A DNA stretch of 64,000 nucleotides, taken from NCBI GenBank assembly GCA_031291675.1, contig JARLIO010000084.1:10282-74281 (forward strand), written 5' to 3'. Made by a program: the position numbers and the translations under genes. The DNA is from Azospirillaceae bacterium (GTDB taxonomy: Bacteria; Pseudomonadota; Alphaproteobacteria; Azospirillales; Azospirillaceae). Every line of letters begins with the position of its first letter. Position 1 is the first letter of the stretch. This document shows positions 19,124 through 29,989 of this stretch, piece after piece. Under the pieces are notes generated by a model. The model did no database searches. It had not been told where the DNA came from and saw only the letters and a program-made list of their open reading frames with translations.

Positions 19124-19287
19124 CAGCGGTTCTCATTTTGGCTGTCGGACCGCGGGCTGCCGCCCGCACCCGCTCGGGGGGACCCCGAATCCCGCTCTGT
19201 TTTGACAAAAACAAAGGGGTCTGGGGCTTAGCCCCCGTTGGGTTTGGGCGAAAGCCCAACGCTTCGTCGCCAAAATGAGAACCGCTG
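19124..19287 (+). mobile_element. MITE copy 4 with perfect 19-bp TIRs and 9-bp TSD CCGCGCGAT
   Basis: Ends CAGCGGTTCTCATTTTGGC ... GCCAAAATGAGAACCGCTG; direct repeat CCGCGCGAT at 19115-19123 and 19288-19296. Confidence 0.95.
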
Positions 19288-19340
19288 CCGCGCGATGCTT
19301 CCTCTGGCCCTGGCGCGCCAATTCTCGTAATGTCCGGTCC

Positions 19341-21206
19341 ATGATGACCCCTTATGACGTGATCGTGGTCGGCGGCGGTCACGCCGGCTGCGAGGCGGCG
19401 GCGGCGGCGGCCCGGATGGGCGCCCGGTCGCTGCTGGTAACCCACAAGATCGAGACCATTGGCGAGATGAGTTGCAATCCCGCGATCGGTGGCCTGGGCA
19501 AAGGCCATCTGGTTCGGGAAATCGACGCCCTGGACGGCGTGATGGCGCGCGTCATTGACCAGGCCGGGATTCAGTTTCGCATGCTGAACCGCAGCAAGGG
19601 GCCGGCGGTGCGGGGGCCGCGGGCCCAGGCCGATCGCAAGCTCTATCGCGCGGCGATGCAGGCGGCCCTGACGGATCAGCCCGGGCTGACGATTCGTGCC
19701 GCGGCGGTCGAGGATCTGATTGTCGAGCGGGGCCGCGTCGCCGGGATCGTCACCGCGAGCGGCGAGGCGATCCGGGCCGGCGCCGTGGTGCTGACCACCG
19801 GGACCTTCCTGAGCGGTTTGATCCATATCGGGGAGCAGCGCGTCGCGGCGGGCCGGGTCGGTGAGCCACCGGCGCTGGCCCTGGCGCAATCGCTGGTGCG
19901 GCTCGGCTTTCCCCTCGGTCGTTTGAAGACCGGAACCCCGCCGCGTCTCGACGGACGGACGATCGACTGGTCCGGGTTGGAGCGCCAGGCCGGGGACGAG
20001 CCGCCGCCACCTTTCTCCTACCTGACCTCGGCGATCACGACGCCGCAGGTTGCCTGCCATTTGACCTGGACCACGCCCGCCGCCCATGCGGTGATCCGGG
20101 AAAACCTGCACCGCGCGCCGCTCTATTCCGGGCAGATCGCCGGGATTGGGCCCCGCTATTGCCCGTCGATCGAGGACAAGGTGGTGCGCTTTGCCGACAA
20201 GACGCGCCATCAGATCTTTCTCGAGCCCGAGGGGCTCGATGACGACACCATCTATCCCAACGGCATCTCGACCTCGCTGCCCCATGATGTTCAGCTGGCG
20301 CTGATCAAGGAAATTCCCGGACTGGAGCATTGCGTCGTGCTGCGTCCCGGCTACGCGATCGAATATGACTTCGTTGATCCGCGGGAATTGAAGCCAAACC
20401 TGGAAACGCGGCGTGTCCCGGGATTGTTTTTGGCCGGGCAGATCAATGGCACCACCGGCTATGAGGAGGCTGCGGCTCAAGGGCTGATGGCCGGGATCAA
20501 CGCCGCCCGCGCGGTCGGCGGCGGGGCGGATTTCATCCTGGACCGGGCCAACGCCTATATCGGGGTCATGATCGATGATCTGATCACGCAGGGAACGGCC
20601 GAGCCCTATCGGATGTTCACCTCGCGGGCGGAATACCGCCTGGTGTTGCGCGCCGACAATGCCGATCAGCGCCTGACCGCGGCGGGCGTCGCGGTTGGTT
20701 GCGTCGGCTCGGTGCGGGCGGCGCGGTTTGGCGCCAAGGCGTCAGCGCTGGATGCGGCGCGGCGTTTGGTGCGCGAGCTTCAGGCCTCACCCAACGAGTG
20801 GGGTCGCGGCGGCTTTGTCGTCAATCAGGACGGGGTTCGCCGCAGCGCGGCGGACATGCTGCGCTATCCGGAGGTTACGGTGGCGCGGATGGCGGAATTG
20901 TGGCCGGCCCTGGCCGGGATGGCGCCGGAGGTCGTCGAACAGATTGAGATCGAGGGGCGCTATGCCGGCTATCTCGATCGCCAGGATGCCGACATCCGGG
21001 CGTTTCGCAAGGATGAGGCGCTGGCGCTGCCGGACGATCTCGATATCGAGGGCATCGGCAGTCTGTCGGTGGAGGTCCGGCAAAAGCTGCGTCAGGTTCG
21101 GCCCGCGACGTTGGGGGCCGCGGCGCGGATCCCCGGGGTGACGCCAGCGGCGGTGATCGCCTTGCTGCGCCACGTCAAGCGCCGTGATGTCGGGCAGGCG
21201 GGGTAA
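19341..21206 (+). CDS. mnmG: tRNA uridine-5-carboxymethylaminomethyl modification enzyme MnmG (GidA)
   Basis: Motifs [36 protein letters not shown] and [17 protein letters not shown]. Confidence 0.98.
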   Translation: MMTPYDVIVVGGGHAGCEAAAAAARMGARSLLVTHKIETIGEMSCNPAIGGLGKGHLVREIDALDGVMARVIDQAGIQFRMLNRSKGPAVRGPRAQADRKLYRAAMQAALTDQPGLTIRAAAVEDLIVERGRVAGIVTASGEAIRAGAVVLTTGTFLSGLIHIGEQRVAAGRVGEPPALALAQSLVRLGFPLGRLKTGTPPRLDGRTIDWSGLERQAGDEPPPPFSYLTSAITTPQVACHLTWTTPAAHAVIRENLHRAPLYSGQIAGIGPRYCPSIEDKVVRFADKTRHQIFLEPEGLDDDTIYPNGISTSLPHDVQLALIKEIPGLEHCVVLRPGYAIEYDFVDPRELKPNLETRRVPGLFLAGQINGTTGYEEAAAQGLMAGINAARAVGGGADFILDRANAYIGVMIDDLITQGTAEPYRMFTSRAEYRLVLRADNADQRLTAAGVAVGCVGSVRAARFGAKASALDAARRLVRELQASPNEWGRGGFVVNQDGVRRSAADMLRYPEVTVARMAELWPALAGMAPEVVEQIEIEGRYAGYLDRQDADIRAFRKDEALALPDDLDIEGIGSLSVEVRQKLRQVRPATLGAAARIPGVTPAAVIALLRHVKRRDVGQAG

Positions 21207-21212
21207 AGGGCG

Positions 21213-21845
21213 ATGTCTGACGATCTGGCGTCCACGGCCTTCGGCCTGGACGATTTCGTGGCGGCGACGGCTGTTTCACGTGAAACACGCGCGCGTCTGG
21301 AGACCTACGCCACCCTGCTGCGGCAGTGGCAATCCCGGGTCAATCTGATCGGCCCGGCGACCTATCCGGACCTGTGGCGGCGTCATTTTCTCGATTCGGC
21401 CCAACTGCTGCCGTTGCTGCCCGAGACACCGGACGGTGTCGCCGATCTGGGCGCCGGCGCCGGCTTTCCCGGATTGGTCCTGGCGATCATGGGGGTGGCC
21501 AAGGTGCACCTGATCGAGAGCGACGGTCGCAAGGTGGCGTTCCTGCGCGAGGTGGCGCGAATCACCGAGACGCCGGTCACGATCCATTACAAGCGCATCG
21601 AGGCCATTTCTGACTTGGCAGTCTCGGTGGTGACCGCGCGGGCCCTGGCGCCACTGACCCGATTGCTGCCCTGGGCGGTCGGATTGCTGGCGCCGGGGGG
21701 TCAATGTCTGTTCCTGAAGGGTCGCCAGGGGGAAGAGGAATTGACCGCGGCGCACAAAGACTGGAATATGCGGATCGATCGACTCCGGAGCCGCTCCGAT
21801 CCCGGCGGCGTGATTTTCCGATTGAGCGAGATATCCCGTGTCTGA
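21213..21845 (+). CDS. rsmG: 16S rRNA m7G527 methyltransferase RsmG (GidB)
   Basis: Motifs RHFLDSAQL, DLGAGAGFPG and VTARALA. Confidence 0.95.
   Translation: MSDDLASTAFGLDDFVAATAVSRETRARLETYATLLRQWQSRVNLIGPATYPDLWRRHFLDSAQLLPLLPETPDGVADLGAGAGFPGLVLAIMGVAKVHLIESDGRKVAFLREVARITETPVTIHYKRIEAISDLAVSVVTARALAPLTRLLPWAVGLLAPGGQCLFLKGRQGEEELTAAHKDWNMRIDRLRSRSDPGGVIFRLSEISRV
21272..21287. other. parS site within rsmG
   Basis: TGTTTCACGTGAAACA, read as VSRET in the RsmG protein. Confidence 0.9.
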
Positions 21846-22671
21846 TTTGGCCGCAGAGCCCGTATTGACCAAGGCCGCCCCGGCGGTCGACCACGCCCAT
21901 GTGGTGTCGATTGCCAACCAGAAGGGTGGTGTCGGCAAGACCACGACCGCTGTCAACCTCGCCACCGCGATGGCGGCCGCCGGCCGTCAGGTGCTGATCC
22001 TCGACATGGATCCCCAGGGCAATGCCTCCACCGGTCTTGGCATTCCGCGCAACGAGCGGGGTCTGGGGACCTACGATGTCCTGTTCAATGACACGCAGCT
22101 CGAGGATGTCGCGATCGAGACCGCGATCCCCAACCTGTCGATTGTCACGGCGACGGTTGATCTGTCCGGCGCCGAAATCGAGCTGGTGACCGCGGAACGC
22201 CGCGAGTTCCGGTTGCGCGATGCCATTCGCGACAGCCGGTTGACCTACGACTATGTCCTGATCGACTGCCCGCCGGCCCTTGGCTTGCTGACCTTGAATG
22301 CTCTGGTCGCCGCGCACGAGGTTCTGGTGCCGTTGCAGTGTGAGTTCTATGCCCTGGAAGGGTTGAGCCATCTGATCCGGACCATCGAACGGGTCAAGAA
22401 GGCTTTCAACCCGACGCTGGACATCCAGGGCGTTCTGTTGACGATGTTCGACAAGCGCAACAATCTGTCGGAAATGGTCGCCGCCGACGTCCGCAGCTAT
22501 TTCGGGGACAAGGTTTTTCAGACCGTGATCCCGCGGAATGTCCGGATCTCCGAGGCCCCGTCGCATGGCAAGCCGGTGCTGCTCTATGACCTGCGCTGTG
22601 CCGGGTCCCAGGCCTATGTCGATCTGGCCCGCGAAGTTCTGAAGCGTGAAACGAAAAGGTTGATTGCTTGA
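21838..22671 (+). CDS. parA: Chromosome partitioning ATPase ParA
   Basis: Motifs ANQKGGVGKTTT, DPQGNAS, IDCPP and IPRNVRISEAPSHG. Confidence 0.96.
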   Translation: MSDLAAEPVLTKAAPAVDHAHVVSIANQKGGVGKTTTAVNLATAMAAAGRQVLILDMDPQGNASTGLGIPRNERGLGTYDVLFNDTQLEDVAIETAIPNLSIVTATVDLSGAEIELVTAERREFRLRDAIRDSRLTYDYVLIDCPPALGLLTLNALVAAHEVLVPLQCEFYALEGLSHLIRTIERVKKAFNPTLDIQGVLLTMFDKRNNLSEMVAADVRSYFGDKVFQTVIPRNVRISEAPSHGKPVLLYDLRCAGSQAYVDLAREVLKRETKRLIA

Positions 22672-23555
22672 GCGAAGACAGCAAACGGCGCCCCAGCCTC
22701 GGTCGTGGCCTGAGCGCCCTGTTCGGTGAAGCTGAAATTGCCGAGCGTCGGGACAATGAGCCTCATTCGGCGGAGGCGGCGCGGCCGCCGCGGCTGATCC
22801 CGATCGAATTCATCCAGCCGGGCCGGTTTCAGCCGCGGCGCAAATTTGATGCCGAGGCGATCCAGGGTCTTGCCGACTCGATCAAGGAACGCGGCCTGCT
22901 GCAACCGCTTCTGGTGCGCCGCCTTCCCGGGCAGGCCGACCGCTATGAGGTGATTGCCGGGGAACGCCGTTGGCGCGCCGCTCAGATCGCCGGCCTTCAC
23001 GAGCTCCCGGTCATCCTGCGCGATCTCACCGACCGCGAGGCGCTGGAGATTGCGCTGGTCGAAAATGTCCAGCGCGAGGACCTGACCGCGCTGGAGGAGG
23101 CCGAGGGCTATCAACGCCTGATCAATGAATTCGGCCACACCCAGGAGGCGTTGGCCAAGGCGCTGGGCAAGAGCCGCAGCCACGTCGCCAACACCTTGCG
23201 GCTGTTGAGCCTGCCCGATCCGTTGCGCACTCTGCTCGATCAAGGCAGTCTGACCGCGGGCCACGCCCGGGCCTTGCTGACCGCGGAGGATCCCGTTGGT
23301 CTGGCCAATGAGGTGGTCAAGCGGGGCCTCAATGTGCGCCAGACCGAGCAGTTGGCCCGCACCGCCGCCAGCGGACGGCCGCCCCGACCCCCGGCACCGC
23401 CCAAGGACGCCGATACCATCGCCCTGGAAGCCGATCTGTCGGCGCGACTGGGGCTCAAGGTTTCGATCGCCGCGCAGGGCGAGGGTGGAACGGTCAGTAT
23501 CCGCTATCTGACTCTCGACCAGTTGGACGAGGTGATCCACCGTTTGCAGGGGTGA
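22668..23555 (+). CDS. parB: Chromosome partitioning protein ParB
   Basis: Motifs LGRGLSAL, IAGERRWRAA, ENVQREDL and GKSRSHVANTLRLL. Confidence 0.96.
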   Translation: MSEDSKRRPSLGRGLSALFGEAEIAERRDNEPHSAEAARPPRLIPIEFIQPGRFQPRRKFDAEAIQGLADSIKERGLLQPLLVRRLPGQADRYEVIAGERRWRAAQIAGLHELPVILRDLTDREALEIALVENVQREDLTALEEAEGYQRLINEFGHTQEALAKALGKSRSHVANTLRLLSLPDPLRTLLDQGSLTAGHARALLTAEDPVGLANEVVKRGLNVRQTEQLARTAASGRPPRPPAPPKDADTIALEADLSARLGLKVSIAAQGEGGTVSIRYLTLDQLDEVIHRLQG

Positions 23556-23576
23556 GCGGGATCTCCGGCACAAAGA

Positions 23577-23627
23577 CGCAGGGCGCTGCCCTGCACCCGC
23601 CCGGGACTCGCCCCTGGACCCTCTTTT
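23577..23627 (+). repeat. REP-like double hairpin related to the left half of the MITE core
   Basis: CGCAGGGCGCTGCCCTGCACCCGCCCGGGACTCGCCCCTGGACCCTCTTTT compared with the MITE core CGCGGGCTGCCGCCCGCACCCGCTCGGGG...CCCCGAACCCCCCTCTGTTTT; lies between convergent parB and holA. Confidence 0.55.
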
Positions 23628-24672
23628 ATCGTGTTCGCCGGCTGCGGGCCAGGGCCGCGATCTGAAACAGCGTCCGCGCGGCAATCGTCTCGTCGGGCAT
23701 GTGGGTGCGCTTGCAGGCCGCTTCGGCCTCGACCAGACGATCCATCGCCGCGCGCAACGCCCGCGGCGGCCAGCGGCGCAGCTGGGCGGCAAACCGGGTC
23801 TTCTGCTTGAAGAACAAGGGCGGTTTCAGGGCGGCCAGTGCCTTTTCCTCGGATTCACCCTGTTCGATCAGACCCGCCGCCAGATGCAGACGCTGCAGAT
23901 GGCGTTGCGCGCTGCGCAGGATCGGCACCGGGCTGATGCCTTCAGCGAACAGGCGCCCCAGCGAGCGGTCAAGCGCCAGGGAATCACCATCGGCCGCGGC
24001 CAGACCCGGCTCATCCATTTCCAGCGCGCCGCTGTCGCCGATGCAGGCCCTGACGTCGGCCAGATCAACCTGCCGCCGCGTCGTGGCATCCGCCCCGAGA
24101 TAGAGCGCGAGCTTGGCGATTTCACCGCGGGCAACCATGCGGTCACCGACCAGATTCTCGGCGAGAAAGGTCTGGGCGTCGGGCGTTGCGCCCAGGTTCT
24201 GCTGCGCCAGAAGATCGCCGATGATCCGGGCCAGACCGGCTTCGTCCTCGGTGTAGCAGGGCAGGGCGGCGGCCAGCTCGGCATTCTCGAACGCGCTGCG
24301 CAGCTTTGAGGTTTTGCCGAGCGATCCGGCTTCGACGACCAGCAGGGTATCGCCACCGGGCATCGCCGCGAACAACGCGGTACACAGCGCCGCCAGCTTG
24401 TCATCGGCATCGCGGACCCGAACCAGACGACGGCCCCCCAGCATCGCCAGTGCCGCCATCTCATCGCTGAGTCGGGCCGGGTCCGCGACCAGGGCGGCGC
24501 CGATGACGTCGGTGACCCGGAACGGATCCTTGAGATCGGGAACGGCGCTTGCCGCCACCTGATCGGCCCGTTCGCGGATCAGTCCGCCATCCTCACCATA
24601 GACCAGCACCGCCCGGACCTTGGGGTCTGGACGGCGCAGGAACGACTCGATGGCTTTCCCGGCAAGTTTCAT
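23626..24672 (-). CDS. holA: DNA polymerase III delta subunit
   Basis: Motifs VLVYGEDGGLIRE, GGRRLVRV and LKPPLFFKQK; directly downstream of leuS. Confidence 0.9.
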   Translation of the reverse strand: MKLAGKAIESFLRRPDPKVRAVLVYGEDGGLIRERADQVAASAVPDLKDPFRVTDVIGAALVADPARLSDEMAALAMLGGRRLVRVRDADDKLAALCTALFAAMPGGDTLLVVEAGSLGKTSKLRSAFENAELAAALPCYTEDEAGLARIIGDLLAQQNLGATPDAQTFLAENLVGDRMVARGEIAKLALYLGADATTRRQVDLADVRACIGDSGALEMDEPGLAAADGDSLALDRSLGRLFAEGISPVPILRSAQRHLQRLHLAAGLIEQGESEEKALAALKPPLFFKQKTRFAAQLRRWPPRALRAAMDRLVEAEAACKRTHMPDETIAARTLFQIAALARSRRTR

Positions 24673-24729
24673 CGCTCTCGTGTCCTTCTCCGGAGGCCCG
24701 GCCCGCGGGCTTTCCGGCCTCGGCTTGGC

Positions 24730-27315
24730 TCACCCGACCACGATATTGATGATCCGGTCGGGGACGACGATGAGCTTGCGCACGGTCTTGCCCTCTATCG
24801 CCCGGATCACGGCGACGTCGGCCATCGCGATTGTTTCCGCGGTTTTAGCGTCGGCGCCTTTGGGCAGGGCCACCGTCGCGCGCAGCTTGCCATTGACCTG
24901 GACGGCGACAGTGACGGTATCGTCGACGACCAGGGCGGCGTCGGCAACGGGCCATGCCTGTTCGGCGACGAGACGCGTGTGACCGAGTTGCTGCCACAAC
25001 TCCTCGGCAAGATGCGGCATCATGGGGCCGATCATCAGCACCACGGCCTCATAGCCTTCGCGCAGCACCCAGTCCTCGCCGTCGCCGGTGCCCGGCAGTT
25101 CCCCCAACAGATTGGTGAGTTCGCGCAACCGCGCCACCGCCTTGTTGAAGCGGAAACCCTGAAGATCGTCGCTGACCGCCGCGATCGTCTTGTGGATCGC
25201 CCGCCGCGCGGCACTGGCCGCGGCCGAGAAGGAAGCTGGTTGTGGCGATCCTGCGGGTGGCAGGGCCACCGCCGGTTCACTGACCATGCGCCACAACCGG
25301 TTGACATAACGCCAGGAGCCGTCGATCCCCGATTCGGTCCATTCCAGGTCGCGTTCAGGAGGACTGTCCGACAACATAAACAACCGGGCAGTATCGGCGC
25401 CATAGGTATCGATGATCAATGCGGGATCGACGACGTTCTTTTTCGACTTGCTCATCTTTTCGAGTCGACCCACGGTCACCGGCCGGCCATCGTCGAGGCT
25501 GACCAGATCTCCGGCTTCGGTTCGGTTGACCTGGCTGGGGAACATCCATTTGCCGTCGGCATCGCGGAAGGTCTCGTGGGTCACCATGCCCTGGGTCATC
25601 AGCCCCGCGAAGGGTTCGTCGATATCCAGATAACCGCAACGCTTCAAGGCGCGGATGAAGAAGCGCGAATAGAGCAGATGCAGGACCGCATGCTCGATCC
25701 CGCCGATATATTGGTCGACCGGAAGCCAATAGTCCGCGGCTTCGGGCGTGAAACCGACGGTCTCGGCGTGGGGCGAGGCAAAGCGCGCGAAGTACCACGA
25801 GCTTTCGAAGAAGGTGTCGAACGTGTCGGTTTCCCGGCGCGCCGGGCGGCCGCAAGTCGGGCAGGCGACGTGCTTCCAGGTCGGATGATGGTCCAGGGGG
25901 TTGCCGGGCTTGTCGAAGCTGACATCCTCGGGCAGCCGGACCGGAAGATCGGCGGCGGGCACGGCAACGACGCCGCAATGATCGCAATGGATCACCGGGA
26001 TCGGGCAGCCCCAATAGCGCTGGCGCGAGACGCCCCAGTCGCGCAACCGATAAACGGTTGTGCCCTGGCCGCGGCCCGTTGCCACCAGCCGGTCGACAGC
26101 GGCCTGTTTGGCGGCCTCAACCTCGAGTCCATTGAGGAATTCCGAGGCGTACAGGCGGCCGGGACCGGTATAGGCCTCGGTCCCGACGGTGAATTCGACC
26201 GGGTCGGTATTGTCCGGAACCACGACCGGAACCACCGGCAGATCATATTTGCGGGCGAAATCGAGATCGCGCTGATCATGGGCCGGGCAGCCGAAAATCG
26301 CCCCGGTGCCATATTCCATCAGGACGAAATTGGCGACATAGACCGGCAGCGTCCGATCCGCATCGAACGGATGACGCGCCTTCAGGCCGGTATCGAAGCC
26401 TTTCTTCTCCGCGGTCTCGATCGCCGCTTCGCTGGTTCCGATGCGGTTGCAGTCGGCGATGAACGCGGCCAGGTCGGGGTGGTTGGCGGCCAGGCCCGCG
26501 GCCAGCGGGTGATGGGCGGACACCGCAACGAACGATGCGCCGAACAGCGTGTCGGGCCGGGTGGTGAAGATCTCCAGCGGTTCGGGTTTTGCCGTGCCAG
26601 CCACGTCCACGAAATCAAAGAAGACTCGGGCACCGACCGAACGGCCGATCCAGTTTTCCTGCATCAGGCGGACGCGCTGCGGCCAGTTTTCCAGCGTCGC
26701 CAACGCCGCCAGCAGCGGTTCCCGGAATTCGGTGATGCGCAGGAACCACTGCCACAGCTTGCGCTTTTCGACCAGGGCACCGGACCGCCAGCCCCGGCCG
26801 TCGATGACCTGTTCATTCGCCAGAACCGTGTTCTCGACCGGATCCCAGTTGACCCAGCTTTCCTTGCGGTAGGCCAGGTCCTGGGCCAGGAAATCGAGGA
26901 ACATTTTCTGTTCATGCCGGTAATATTCCGGCTCGCAGGTCGCGACCTCGCGATCCCAGTCATAGGACAGACCCATGCTTTTCAGCTGGGTGCGCATGGC
27001 CGCGATGTTCTCGCGGGTCCATTGCGCCGGAGGGACCTTGTGTTCGATCGCGGCATTTTCCGCCGGCAGGCCAAAGGCATCCCACCCCATCGGGTGGAGC
27101 ACGTTGAAGCCCGCGGCCCGCTTATAACGGGCGACGACATCGCCCAGGGTATAATTGCGGACGTGACCCATATGGATGCGCCCCGACGGGTAGGGGAACA
27201 TCTCCAGCACGTAATATTTCTGCCGGCTGGTGTCTTCGGTGGCGGCGAAGCAGCGACGCTGCTCCCAGACCGCCTGCCATTTGGCTTCGGTTTCCTTGAA
27301 GCTGTAGCGCGACAT
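24730..27315 (-). CDS. leuS: Leucine--tRNA ligase
   Basis: Motifs [19 protein letters not shown] and VQVNGKLR. Confidence 0.98.
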   Translation of the reverse strand: MSRYSFKETEAKWQAVWEQRRCFAATEDTSRQKYYVLEMFPYPSGRIHMGHVRNYTLGDVVARYKRAAGFNVLHPMGWDAFGLPAENAAIEHKVPPAQWTRENIAAMRTQLKSMGLSYDWDREVATCEPEYYRHEQKMFLDFLAQDLAYRKESWVNWDPVENTVLANEQVIDGRGWRSGALVEKRKLWQWFLRITEFREPLLAALATLENWPQRVRLMQENWIGRSVGARVFFDFVDVAGTAKPEPLEIFTTRPDTLFGASFVAVSAHHPLAAGLAANHPDLAAFIADCNRIGTSEAAIETAEKKGFDTGLKARHPFDADRTLPVYVANFVLMEYGTGAIFGCPAHDQRDLDFARKYDLPVVPVVVPDNTDPVEFTVGTEAYTGPGRLYASEFLNGLEVEAAKQAAVDRLVATGRGQGTTVYRLRDWGVSRQRYWGCPIPVIHCDHCGVVAVPAADLPVRLPEDVSFDKPGNPLDHHPTWKHVACPTCGRPARRETDTFDTFFESSWYFARFASPHAETVGFTPEAADYWLPVDQYIGGIEHAVLHLLYSRFFIRALKRCGYLDIDEPFAGLMTQGMVTHETFRDADGKWMFPSQVNRTEAGDLVSLDDGRPVTVGRLEKMSKSKKNVVDPALIIDTYGADTARLFMLSDSPPERDLEWTESGIDGSWRYVNRLWRMVSEPAVALPPAGSPQPASFSAAASAARRAIHKTIAAVSDDLQGFRFNKAVARLRELTNLLGELPGTGDGEDWVLREGYEAVVLMIGPMMPHLAEELWQQLGHTRLVAEQAWPVADAALVVDDTVTVAVQVNGKLRATVALPKGADAKTAETIAMADVAVIRAIEGKTVRKLIVVPDRIINIVVG

Positions 27316-27475
27316 GGCGCCCTCCGAAAGAAGCGGCGCGCCGTTTGGCGACGGACGCCGCCGGGTGATGGAAACAAGACGGCCCGCAGCGCGGCCGGCG
27401 GGCCGGCGCTGCGGGGGTCTTGTCGAGATCGGGCTTGAGCCGGCCGAACCTTTGTGGTCGACCGGAATGCCGGGC

Positions 27476-28021
27476 TTATGACCCCGGGGTTGCGGTTTGA
27501 CTGACCCGAAGCTGGCGCGCCCGGGTCAGGATCGAATCTTCCAGCTTGGCGGCGGTATCCGGGCTGACCGTGACGTCATGCCAGCCGGAGTTATCCTTTT
27601 CCTGACGGAACACGGAAACCCGCAGGCCATCGGCGCGCAGCTGACGATCGAGGATGTAGATATTGACCTTGAAACGCGCGTTCGGTGTTTCCGGTGCGCT
27701 GTACCAGTCGGTCAAGATCACGCCACCAAACGGATCGGCCGAGGCCACCGGCATGAACGCGATGGTATCGAGGGTCGCGCGCCACAGAAAACTGTTAACG
27801 CCGATCCCGCCATTCTGCTCCGCGTCCTGGCGTTTTTTGGGAGCAAACAGCGTGATCCCTTCGTCACCCGTGAGCGAGCCAAATTTGTAGTCATCCTTGT
27901 TGGTCTGGCTCTTCTCCGCGTCGGAGGCTGAGCCCCATGACGAGCACCCACCGAGTGCGGTCAGGATCAACAGAAGGGCGACTTTAGAGCGACCCATGGT
28001 TCGGCTATTCACATCCAGCAT
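27476..28021 (-). CDS. DUF3576 family lipoprotein
   Basis: Lipobox-like LTALGGC; motifs [34 protein letters not shown] and ILTRARQLR. Start is either 28021 or 27997. Confidence 0.8.
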   Translation of the reverse strand: MLDVNSRTMGRSKVALLLILTALGGCSSWGSASDAEKSQTNKDDYKFGSLTGDEGITLFAPKKRQDAEQNGGIGVNSFLWRATLDTIAFMPVASADPFGGVILTDWYSAPETPNARFKVNIYILDRQLRADGLRVSVFRQEKDNSGWHDVTVSPDTAAKLEDSILTRARQLRVSQTATPGS

Positions 28022-28393
28022 CCGATACTCCAGGGTGCGGCTGTCGACCGGGTTCCACCCCCTGGCGGCGGTCCGGCGCACCGATTGGCGCGACAAGTGC
28101 CCCTGTCCGCGACGGCCCCCTCTTAGACCAGAACCGGGCCGCGGGCGCAAGCGCTACAGATCGCCGATCAGCTCTTCGCCGCCGATCCGCCGCCGCAAGA
28201 TCAAGATCGGTTGGCGTCGGGCCCCTTCTTGTTGTATCAACCCTGCCGCAATCCGTCAGGCCCGGGGTCGGTGTTCTCAGGTGCTGTTGTCCGGTATCGA
28301 ATGGCGATGGGGTGGTGGTTCAAAAACATCGTCCAGTGGCATTCAATGTCACCCCCGTCGTTAGAGGTCGTTACGGTTAACTTTGCATTGTCA

Positions 28394-28436
28394 TGACATT
28401 CGAGTGACATAAACAATGTTGTGGCTACTCCATCAC
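28394..28436. promoter_or_regulatory. Putative regulator sites upstream of porin 1
   Basis: Direct repeat TGACAT-N5-TGACAT (28394-28410) and TTGTGGCTACTCCATCAC (28419-28436); the latter is shared with porin 2. Confidence 0.4.
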
Positions 28437-28553
28437 ACCGATCTGCAAAGGCGGCAGAATCACGGTTTTGCCTTGCCATGGCCCGGTCCACGCGATTAGC
28501 ACAGGGCTAGGTTTAACTAAAATGTCGACTTCGTCGCCAATTCGGAGGTTTTT

Positions 28554-29771
28554 ATGAAACGCATTCTGCTCGCGGGTAGTGCCGCAGCCGCGTTGATGGC
28601 AATGGCGGCTCCTGCCAGCGCCCAGTTCGTTGTCAGCATGCGCGGTGATATGGAATTCACGGCTGGCTATATCGATCGCCAGCAAGACACGGGCCTCCGG
28701 GATTCCGAATTTGCCAACCGTTTCCGCGTCGACATCCGTGCCGACGCCAAGGCCGATAACGGCCTGCAATATGGTGTTCGGTTGCGCCTGCGCGCGCTGA
28801 CCAACAGCAGCGCCGCCGGCGGCGCGACGGTCGATTATGATCGCGCCCTGGCCTATGCCTCGCTGCCGCAATTCGGCCGTATCGACGTCGGTACCATTCC
28901 GGGTTATTCCGATGGCACCTTCAATACGATGTGGGAGTACGATCAGTGCCAGACCAGCGGTGGCTGGGACTGCGCCGGCAACGGCGGCTGGCAGGATTTC
29001 GTCTCCAGCAACAACGCCAATACCAATACCGACGTCAGCAACAAGCTGCCCGGCACCAACGTCTACAACACGTTGTCGCGGCAGGGTAACGCCACCCGGT
29101 TCGTCTATAGCACGCCGGTGTTCAACGGTTTCTCCGCATCGGCGTCTTATGCGCCGCGCGTCGACAGCTCGGGTACCGACGTCAACCTGGTCGCCACGAC
29201 CGGCATCCAGGACGTCTACGAAATTGGCGCCCTGTACGACAACAAGTTCGGCGACATCCGCTTCCGCGTCAACGGCAGCTATATCGGCGGCTCGAACCCC
29301 AAGCTGACGTCGTCCTCGCCGGCGAACGGCTATTATAGCGTTCAGCAGTACAACGCGGCGATCCGGGTCGATTATCAGGGCTTCGCGATCGGTGGCGGCT
29401 ACGTCAACGACGGCAAGTGCACCAGCAACTCCTGCACCGCCAAACAGACGAGCGCCGGCTACTTCAAGGCCGACGACCACACGGTGTGGAACATCAACGC
29501 CCAGTACGCGACCGGCCCGCTCAACCAGGCCAACACGATCGTCTTCGGCGGCGGTTTCCTTCAGGCCCGCGATTCCGGCACCGCGACGGTTCCCGGCTCC
29601 CGCCGTCTGAACGATTGGCAGGTTGCGGCCAACTACATCATCGCGCCCGGCCTGTCCCAGGTCTTCGAGTATGACTACTTCACCGCCCGCAGCGAGGGTG
29701 TCTCGTCTTCCAGCGTGATCACCAAGGACGAAGGCAGCGTGTTCCTGCTCCGTACCAACCTGAGCTTCTAA
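28554..29771 (+). CDS. Outer-membrane porin (Porin_4 / Gram-negative porin type), paralog 1
   Basis: Signal peptide ending APASA-Q, motif KADNGLQYGVRLRL, alternating beta-strand pattern, C-terminal Phe, GGAGG RBS and strong codon bias. Confidence 0.9.
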   Translation: MKRILLAGSAAAALMAMAAPASAQFVVSMRGDMEFTAGYIDRQQDTGLRDSEFANRFRVDIRADAKADNGLQYGVRLRLRALTNSSAAGGATVDYDRALAYASLPQFGRIDVGTIPGYSDGTFNTMWEYDQCQTSGGWDCAGNGGWQDFVSSNNANTNTDVSNKLPGTNVYNTLSRQGNATRFVYSTPVFNGFSASASYAPRVDSSGTDVNLVATTGIQDVYEIGALYDNKFGDIRFRVNGSYIGGSNPKLTSSSPANGYYSVQQYNAAIRVDYQGFAIGGGYVNDGKCTSNSCTAKQTSAGYFKADDHTVWNINAQYATGPLNQANTIVFGGGFLQARDSGTATVPGSRRLNDWQVAANYIIAPGLSQVFEYDYFTARSEGVSSSSVITKDEGSVFLLRTNLSF

Positions 29772-29806
29772 TCAAATCTGGTTGCGTTCAGGGCTGCATC
29801 TTGCAG

Positions 29807-29842
29807 AAGGGGGGAATGCCGCTGGGTATTCCCCCCTTTTTT
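29807..29842 (+). terminator. Intrinsic terminator after porin 1
   Basis: Stem AAGGGGGGAATGCC-gctg-GGTATTCCCCCCTT followed by a T-run. Confidence 0.85.
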
Positions 29843-29989
29843 CTTGCGGGATCGCGAAGTGTCATCGGTTTGCCGGTTAACCGCTTTGCGGCCACAGGGC
29901 CGCGTACCGAACGTGCTGATGGTTGCGCTGCGTCATGCCGGCTTCCCGGGGGGCCGCGGCTTTGCCGCAATACGGGAACCGTCAATCTT

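Noticed and set aside
1251..19287. Repeats considered as a CRISPR array or as tRNA/ncRNA genes
   Set aside because: Copies are dispersed kilobases apart, have TIRs and TSDs, and show no spacers, cas genes or cloverleaf.
24700..24712. GGCCCGCGGGCT match to the MITE core between leuS and holA
   Set aside because: Only about 12 bp in GC-rich DNA; not significant.
24979..27438. 819-aa + strand ORF and similar long antisense ORFs (19002..20480, 36462..38090, 42313..43833, 46984..48537, 55363..56985, 58349..59998)
   Set aside because: Shadow frames opposite well-supported genes, as expected in high-GC DNA; no recognisable motifs.
28360..28530. CtrA boxes upstream of porin 1 (GTTAAC and TTAACTAA half-sites)
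   Set aside because: No TTAA-N7-TTAA spacing found.
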